Source: Myxococcota bacterium (lineage in GTDB: Bacteria; Myxococcota_A; UBA796; CAJQPC01). From it: 64,000 nt of DNA. The stretch lies in contig JAZAMN010000034.1 in the NCBI GenBank assembly GCA_036229005.1, positions 1 through 64,000 on the forward strand. Direction: 5' to 3'. The notes beneath the pieces were generated by a model, which had not been told where the DNA came from, did not search any database, and worked only from the letters and a program-made list of their open reading frames with translations. Shown here one piece after another: positions 58,761 to 64,000 of the stretch (the stretch's first letter is position 1; the number at the start of each line of letters is the position of its first letter). The translations under genes were made by a program, and so were the position numbers.

Positions 58761-61700
58761 TTAACCGGTTTGTGCCCGCGTCAAGGCCCAGGCCACCCCC
58801 GAGCGCCCCCGCAGGCGCTCCCTGGCGGTCCCCGTCGCGCCCGACAGCAGGCGCTTCACCAGCGGCCGGGCCTCTTTGCGGGCCGGGGGGTCGCCGACGG
58901 CCTCCAGGCAGGCCAGGAGCAGAAGGATGTCCTGAGCCTTGCGGGCCTCCCCCACGGCCATCCGGAGGACGGCCCGGTCCTCTTCGACCCGCCCCGCCTC
59001 CAGCAACAGCCGCGCCAGGGAGCGCCGGGCCCCCAGCTCATCCAGCTCGCGCACGGCCTCCAGCAGGGGATCCCCCTTCCCCCGGAGCACAGCCTCCATC
59101 CCCCGGGCGAAGGCGGAGAGCTCCCGCCAGCCCGCAACCTCGGTGTCCTCGCGCAGGCGATTGCACGCTGCCAGTGCGGCGGCGTGGTCCCGGTCGGCGA
59201 GGCGGACCAGGATGTCCGCGTGACCCCAGAGCCCCTTGGTCCTCAGCGACACCTGCTCCCCCTCCTGGAGCGCGCAGGACTCCAAGTGCCTGCGGGCCTC
59301 CTGAGGGCTAGAGACCGCCAGCGCGAAGCGGGCCTGGGCCGCAGCGACCTCGACGCGCAGCGGGTAGAGCCCCCCTTCACCGCCCGCCCGGACCGCCGTC
59401 CGCAGGGCCACCGTGGCGTCGTCCACCGAGCCCGCGCGCTGGAGGGCCTCCGCGAGCCCCAGCAGCGAATGCACCAGCCGAGGGGAGCGGACCTTTCGGT
59501 GCCACCGAGCAGCGAGCCGCAGGTGCCGCGCCGCATCGCCGAGCCGGCCGGAGTTCAACAGCAGCTCCCCGACCAGGTTGTGCGCCCGGGCCCCCAGGCT
59601 GCCGGTCGCCGCCTCACCCAGCACGTGCTGACAGGCCCGAGCCGCGTGCATGCGCTGCCCTCGCAGGGCCTCCACCCGCGCCTCCAGCAGCCGCGCTTCC
59701 TGCTGACCACGGACGTTGGCGCCGCTGAGGGCTTGCTGAGCGTGCGCCAGGGCATCATCCAGCGCCCCCCGGTGCAGCGCCAGCTCCCCCCGGACCAGGA
59801 CAAGGCCAGCCAGCGGGCGGCCGCCGAGGAGGTTCGACGCGGCCTCCAGCGCCTGCCAGGCCTCGCCGGGCCGGGCCTCCGCGATCAGGCAGCGGGTCCG
59901 GGCCAAGGCGACCCGCACCGCGACATCCGGGGGCAGCGGTTGGGTGAAGCTCGCGCGGAGCAGGATCTCGTGGGCCAGGGGCACGCGACCCCGCCGCACC
60001 AGCCGCTCCCCCAGCCGCACCAGGGTCCCGGCCAGCGCATCCTGGGGGGCTCCGTGGGCGGTACACCAGGCCCGAAGGCTGGCGGCCTGAGGGGGAAAGC
60101 CGCGCTCATGCAGCGCCGCCAGGATGCCCTGGTGGATCGCGCGCTGGCGCTCGCCGCCGATCTCTCGCGTGACCAGGGCGGCCAGGGCAGGCCGAGCGAT
60201 CTGCAGCGCCTCGTCGGGCCCCAGCTTCCGCGCGCGCGCCAGGTGTTCTCGGGTGAGGGACCAGCGCGCCAGGGAGTCCTGGGCCAACCCCGTCACCTGC
60301 TCAGCGACCCGCACCGGGACCGGCTCCCGGGCGACGGCGAGGACCTCAAGGAGCGCACGTGCGTCCAGATCCAGCCCCTCCAGGCGCCGCCGATAGAGGC
60401 GCTGGAGGCTGTTGTCGCGGCCCATGCGCACCGACGCCGACATGCGCCAGCGGGGCAGGCCGCCAGGCCCCACGCCCTCCCGCCGCAGAGCCCCGCGCTG
60501 GGCGAAGTCCCGCAGGGTCGAGACCACGGCGCCTGGAAGGCCCCGGGTGAAGGTGGCGAGCTTCTCGGTCTGGCCCGGGGGGATCTGGGGCGTGCCGAGC
60601 AGGCCCGTGATCAACTCCTGCACCTCGTCGACGCGCAGATCCCGCAAGGCGACCCGGCGGCCAGGGATGCCGGGCGGTTCGGAGCTGGTGGTGCACACCC
60701 AGATCCCCTCCCCCATCCGCTCCGCGAGCTGCTTGAGCTCGGCCGCGGAGGCCCGGTGGAGGTCTTCGAGCACGGTGAGCTGCCCGGCCTCCACCCGCTG
60801 CAGTTCGCCGTGGCCCGTGCAGCGCGCGCCCGAGACCCGCAGGCCCCGCTGTCGCCCCATGCGCCAGGCCTCCCGCGCCATGCGGCCCAGCCCCGAGCCC
60901 TTCTCGCCCACGAAGGTCACGACGCCGCTGCCGGCGTCCAGGATGCCCTCCAGCGCCCCCAAGGGCCCCTCGCGCCCCACCAAGGGCGGCTCCTGCAGGC
61001 TCCCGCTGCGCTCCCCGACGCCCGTGAGCTGGGTCAGCGCCAGCGAGGCGGTCTGCGGACGGTGCGCCGGATCCCGCGCCATCAGGGCCTTGATGAGCTC
61101 CCGCAGCGCCTGGGGGGTCTGCTCCGGGAGGGGCCGTCGGGGCTCCGCGCGCAGGTGCTCGTTCAGGTAGGCCGCCGGTCCCCGTGCGCGGTAGGGCCGC
61201 AGCCCCGCGAGCGCTTCATAGAGGGTGACGCCGAGCGCATAGAGGTCCGTGCGTTGGTCCACCGCCGCGCCCGCGATCTGCTCGGGGGCCATGTAGGCGT
61301 AGGTGCCCATGACCCCGCCCGGTCCCCGCTCCCGGCGGCGGCGCGTGGCCATGCCCAGGTCCAGCAGCAGCACGCGCTCGTCCTGGGTGAAGAAGACGTT
61401 GGCGGACTTCACGTCTCGGTGCACCACCCCGCGCGCGTGGAGCCACGCCAGGGTCTGGAGCAGGCTCTGGGCGACAGGGAGGAGCTCGTCAGGTTGCATG
61501 GGGCGGCGCTTGAGGGCCTCCGACATGGACTCCCCCTCCAGCAGCTCCAGCACCAGGTAGGGCCGCGGGCCATCGACCACCTCGTAGCAGCGGGGCAGCC
61601 CCGGGTGGCGCAGGCCCAGCAGCAGCTCCCCCTCCTGCAGGAAGCGCCTCAGGCTGGCGGGGGATCGGGCCGGATCCCGCAGGACCTTGAGGGCGACCGT

Positions 61701-61820
61701 CTGGCCGATCTCCAAGCCTTCAGGCGCGCCTTCGGCTTCCACGAGCTCCGCGCGGAAGACGTCTGCGAGGCCGCCGGCCCCGACCTTGGCGTCAACCCGA
61801 TATTTGTCGAAGCGGACCAT
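58761..61820 (-). CDS. Ser/Thr protein kinase fused to a degenerate STAND/AAA domain and TPR-like repeats
   Basis: GAGGLA, VALKVL, HRDVKSAN, DLG, YMAPE; then LVGRE, GEKGSGLGR, VLEDLH, GLP; helical repeats. Confidence 0.85.
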   Translation of the reverse strand: MVRFDKYRVDAKVGAGGLADVFRAELVEAEGAPEGLEIGQTVALKVLRDPARSPASLRRFLQEGELLLGLRHPGLPRCYEVVDGPRPYLVLELLEGESMSEALKRRPMQPDELLPVAQSLLQTLAWLHARGVVHRDVKSANVFFTQDERVLLLDLGMATRRRRERGPGGVMGTYAYMAPEQIAGAAVDQRTDLYALGVTLYEALAGLRPYRARGPAAYLNEHLRAEPRRPLPEQTPQALRELIKALMARDPAHRPQTASLALTQLTGVGERSGSLQEPPLVGREGPLGALEGILDAGSGVVTFVGEKGSGLGRMAREAWRMGRQRGLRVSGARCTGHGELQRVEAGQLTVLEDLHRASAAELKQLAERMGEGIWVCTTSSEPPGIPGRRVALRDLRVDEVQELITGLLGTPQIPPGQTEKLATFTRGLPGAVVSTLRDFAQRGALRREGVGPGGLPRWRMSASVRMGRDNSLQRLYRRRLEGLDLDARALLEVLAVAREPVPVRVAEQVTGLAQDSLARWSLTREHLARARKLGPDEALQIARPALAALVTREIGGERQRAIHQGILAALHERGFPPQAASLRAWCTAHGAPQDALAGTLVRLGERLVRRGRVPLAHEILLRASFTQPLPPDVAVRVALARTRCLIAEARPGEAWQALEAASNLLGGRPLAGLVLVRGELALHRGALDDALAHAQQALSGANVRGQQEARLLEARVEALRGQRMHAARACQHVLGEAATGSLGARAHNLVGELLLNSGRLGDAARHLRLAARWHRKVRSPRLVHSLLGLAEALQRAGSVDDATVALRTAVRAGGEGGLYPLRVEVAAAQARFALAVSSPQEARRHLESCALQEGEQVSLRTKGLWGHADILVRLADRDHAAALAACNRLREDTEVAGWRELSAFARGMEAVLRGKGDPLLEAVRELDELGARRSLARLLLEAGRVEEDRAVLRMAVGEARKAQDILLLLACLEAVGDPPARKEARPLVKRLLSGATGTARERLRGRSGVAWALTRAQTG

Positions 61821-61858
61821 GGGCACCGAGTCTACCTGCCCAGTCCCTTGGAGATTAG

Positions 61859-62458
61859 ATGGCTGAGCTGTACTCGCTGCTCCGGCGCGCCCACGAGGGC
61901 CCCGAGGCGTTGATCCTGACCAAGCGGCCCCTGGCCCTGTCCGACCGCCTCGGCGACCGGATCCGGAAGGTGGAGGGACCGATCCTCCTGGTCAGCCCCG
62001 ACATGGAGGACCCGCTGCCCGCTTGGGCCGAGACCCGGCAGGGGCGCAAGAACGTGGAGCGCACGACCTGGCGCAGCCTGTCCTCGTTTGCGGCCGGGAG
62101 TGCAGAGATCCAGGGCGCGGCGAGCGCCCTGCGCACGGTCCTGCCCCGAGAGGTGGTGGAGCGCTCTGCTCGACTGGGCCCGGTCCTCCCCCTCCTGCTG
62201 GAAGCGCTGGGAGACCACAAGGCGAACCCGCAGAGCTGGATCTTCCGCACCGACGGCGCTCTGGACGCCAAGCTGGAGGGCCTGAACACGGGCACCGACG
62301 AGGCCTTCCGCCTCAAGCTCGCGCCCGAGGGGCTGACCCGCTGGCCGAGGCTGGACCCGGGCAACCTGCCCTTCGAGGCCCAGTTCGCCAAGCACGCGCA
62401 GGTCCTGATCATCCCCTCGGCCGAGGTCGAGGCCTTCGTGGCCCACCTCAAGGGCTGA
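61859..62458 (+). CDS. Hypothetical protein
   Basis: GGAG RBS, coding-like codon usage, fills the gap between flanking genes; no recognised motif. Confidence 0.65.
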   Translation: MAELYSLLRRAHEGPEALILTKRPLALSDRLGDRIRKVEGPILLVSPDMEDPLPAWAETRQGRKNVERTTWRSLSSFAAGSAEIQGAASALRTVLPREVVERSARLGPVLPLLLEALGDHKANPQSWIFRTDGALDAKLEGLNTGTDEAFRLKLAPEGLTRWPRLDPGNLPFEAQFAKHAQVLIIPSAEVEAFVAHLKG

Positions 62459-62461
62459 GCG

Positions 62462-63070
62462 CTACTCCAGCGACCCCCGGTCCAGGAAGCGCACGGCGAG
62501 CTTCTGGGCCTGGGCGTTGGCGATGATGAAGGTGTGGTTGACGTCGATCACGCGGTGGTGGGCCCCCTCCAGGTGGGTCTCCGCCACGCGCACGGTCCGG
62601 TCGTTGTCGCCATCCAGGTACGCCACGTGCCCCCCATCGTGGCCGACGCCGCCCGCGATGACGGCGATCTCGGCGGGCCCCTGGGGGAGCTCTCGGGGGA
62701 CGCCGGGCAGCATGGGGGCCAGAGGGTCCCAGCCCAAGCGGTGGATGGGCAGGAGGTTGCGGAAGATCTCCGCCTTCTGGGCGCCCTGGTTGGGGGGTGC
62801 CAGCATCACGACCCGCCGGATGGCCGCCTTGGGGAGGGTCGCGCGCGCCAGCAGGCCACCGAAGGAGTGGGTCACCAGGTCCACGGGGCCTTGCTGCTCG
62901 TGGATCAAGGCGGCGAGCCGGTCCGAGGCCGCCTCCAGCCCCTCGGTCTGATAGATGAACGTGGGGCTCAGCGTGCGCCGCCCCGTCGCCCGGATCGCGC
63001 GCGCCAGGGGCAGCATGGCCAGCCCGGTGCGCAGGAATCCGTGCAGGAGGATGACGGGGGGTGGACTCAC
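62462..63070 (-). CDS. Small alpha/beta hydrolase (lipase/esterase-like)
   Basis: LLHGF, THSFGG nucleophile elbow, LAPPNQG, NDRTV, H near the C-terminus. Confidence 0.85.
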   Translation of the reverse strand: MSPPPVILLHGFLRTGLAMLPLARAIRATGRRTLSPTFIYQTEGLEAASDRLAALIHEQQGPVDLVTHSFGGLLARATLPKAAIRRVVMLAPPNQGAQKAEIFRNLLPIHRLGWDPLAPMLPGVPRELPQGPAEIAVIAGGVGHDGGHVAYLDGDNDRTVRVAETHLEGAHHRVIDVNHTFIIANAQAQKLAVRFLDRGSLE

Positions 63071-64000
63071 AGGGTGCTGAGGACCTCGGCCTTGCCTTCG
63101 CCCTCAACCCTGAGCACCAGGATCTGCTCGGTCAAGGTGGTGGCGAGCAGGGTCACGGCGTCGCCCTTGATGCCGATGATACGGAGGGTCTCGATGTCGT
63201 GGTCCGCGACGTTGAACACCTCGGTCGGGGGCAGGTGCGGCTGAGCCAGGTCCTGCGCCCACACGCCGCAAGCGCCGCCGCGATCGGGGTCCTCCCGGAG
63301 CACGAAGGCCCGGGGCTCGCCCTCCACAAAGGCCAGATCCACCGCGAGCACGACGTCCTTTCGCATGGCGACCCGCTCCTCGGGGCGCTCTCCCGGGTGC
63401 AGATGCGCGAAGGTCAGGCCCTTCTTTCCGCGAGGCAGCCAGGACAGGAGCAGCTCGTCCCCGTGGCACGCCGCGCTGGCCCCCCGAAGGCCGAAGTCGG
63501 CGGGCGCCTGATAGGGAGCGCCCAGGCCGCTGTCGCTGATCTGGTGGATCGCCCCACCGCGGGTGAGCAGCACGGGCTGCAGCCCACCGAGCAGGCCCCT
63601 GGCGGTGGTGACCTTGAGCGTGAGCACCGGGACGATGCCCTGCTCAGGATCCACGTCCAGGATGTGCAGGCTGGGGCCGCGCCGGCCGATCCCGACGATG
63701 CGCAGGCGCTCGCCGCCCAGGAACATGGGCCGAACAGCGGGCTCGAAGCCCAGCGGCATGCTCTGGCCCACCCGCGCCCCGTCCGCGCCGACCCAGGTCA
63801 CGTGCAGCTCCACGCCGGTCGTGCGCTCCAGGAGCACCACGGCGGCGAAGCCCTCGCCCAGGTCCACGACCTCACGGGCCAGGCTGAACTCCGCGGGCGC
63901 TCCAAGCGCGGGTGCTTCTCCCTCGAAGGCCTCACCCTCGCCCATCACGACCATGCGGTTGGCCAGGGTGTTGGCGTCCTCCTCGTTCTCCCAGAGCAGC
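63067..64000 (-). CDS. Hypothetical protein (partial; start lies beyond the window)
   Basis: Frame is open to the window edge; GTGA overlap with the hydrolase gene. Confidence 0.65.
   Translation of the reverse strand, partial: LLWENEEDANTLANRMVVMGEGEAFEGEAPALGAPAEFSLAREVVDLGEGFAAVVLLERTTGVELHVTWVGADGARVGQSMPLGFEPAVRPMFLGGERLRIVGIGRRGPSLHILDVDPEQGIVPVLTLKVTTARGLLGGLQPVLLTRGGAIHQISDSGLGAPYQAPADFGLRGASAACHGDELLLSWLPRGKKGLTFAHLHPGERPEERVAMRKDVVLAVDLAFVEGEPRAFVLREDPDRGGACGVWAQDLAQPHLPPTEVFNVADHDIETLRIIGIKGDAVTLLATTLTEQILVLRVEGEGKAEVLSTL

Overview
High-GC bacterial core-genome window, most consistent with an uncultured Myxococcota/deltaproteobacterial lineage. This placement is inferred from the mevalonate pathway, cdaA-cdaR-glmM alongside Gram-negative-type lapA and a long S1, and a Ser/Thr kinase-STAND-TPR protein. 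Gene order: 3' end of a divergent rho, then rpmE-prfA-prmC; a B12-binding radical SAM gene and an Opp/Dpp ABC transporter with unusual domains; an acyl-CoA ligase and a mevalonate operon lacking HMG-CoA synthase; a ~33 kb minus-strand run of mostly housekeeping genes (tilS to asd); then a HEAT-cyclophilin, plsX-GNAT-SGNH, DUF429 and kinase loci. No rRNA, tRNA, CRISPR array or mobile element was seen. Most notable: a Rho C-terminus lacking the arginine finger, a MutL lacking all endonuclease motifs, repeated leaderless-promoter geometry including a 19-bp bidirectional promoter, a HEAT-like insertion in OppB, a TMTC-like GT-C glycosyltransferase and an SxxC DsbA. All calls come from motif recognition by eye; no database searches were run.
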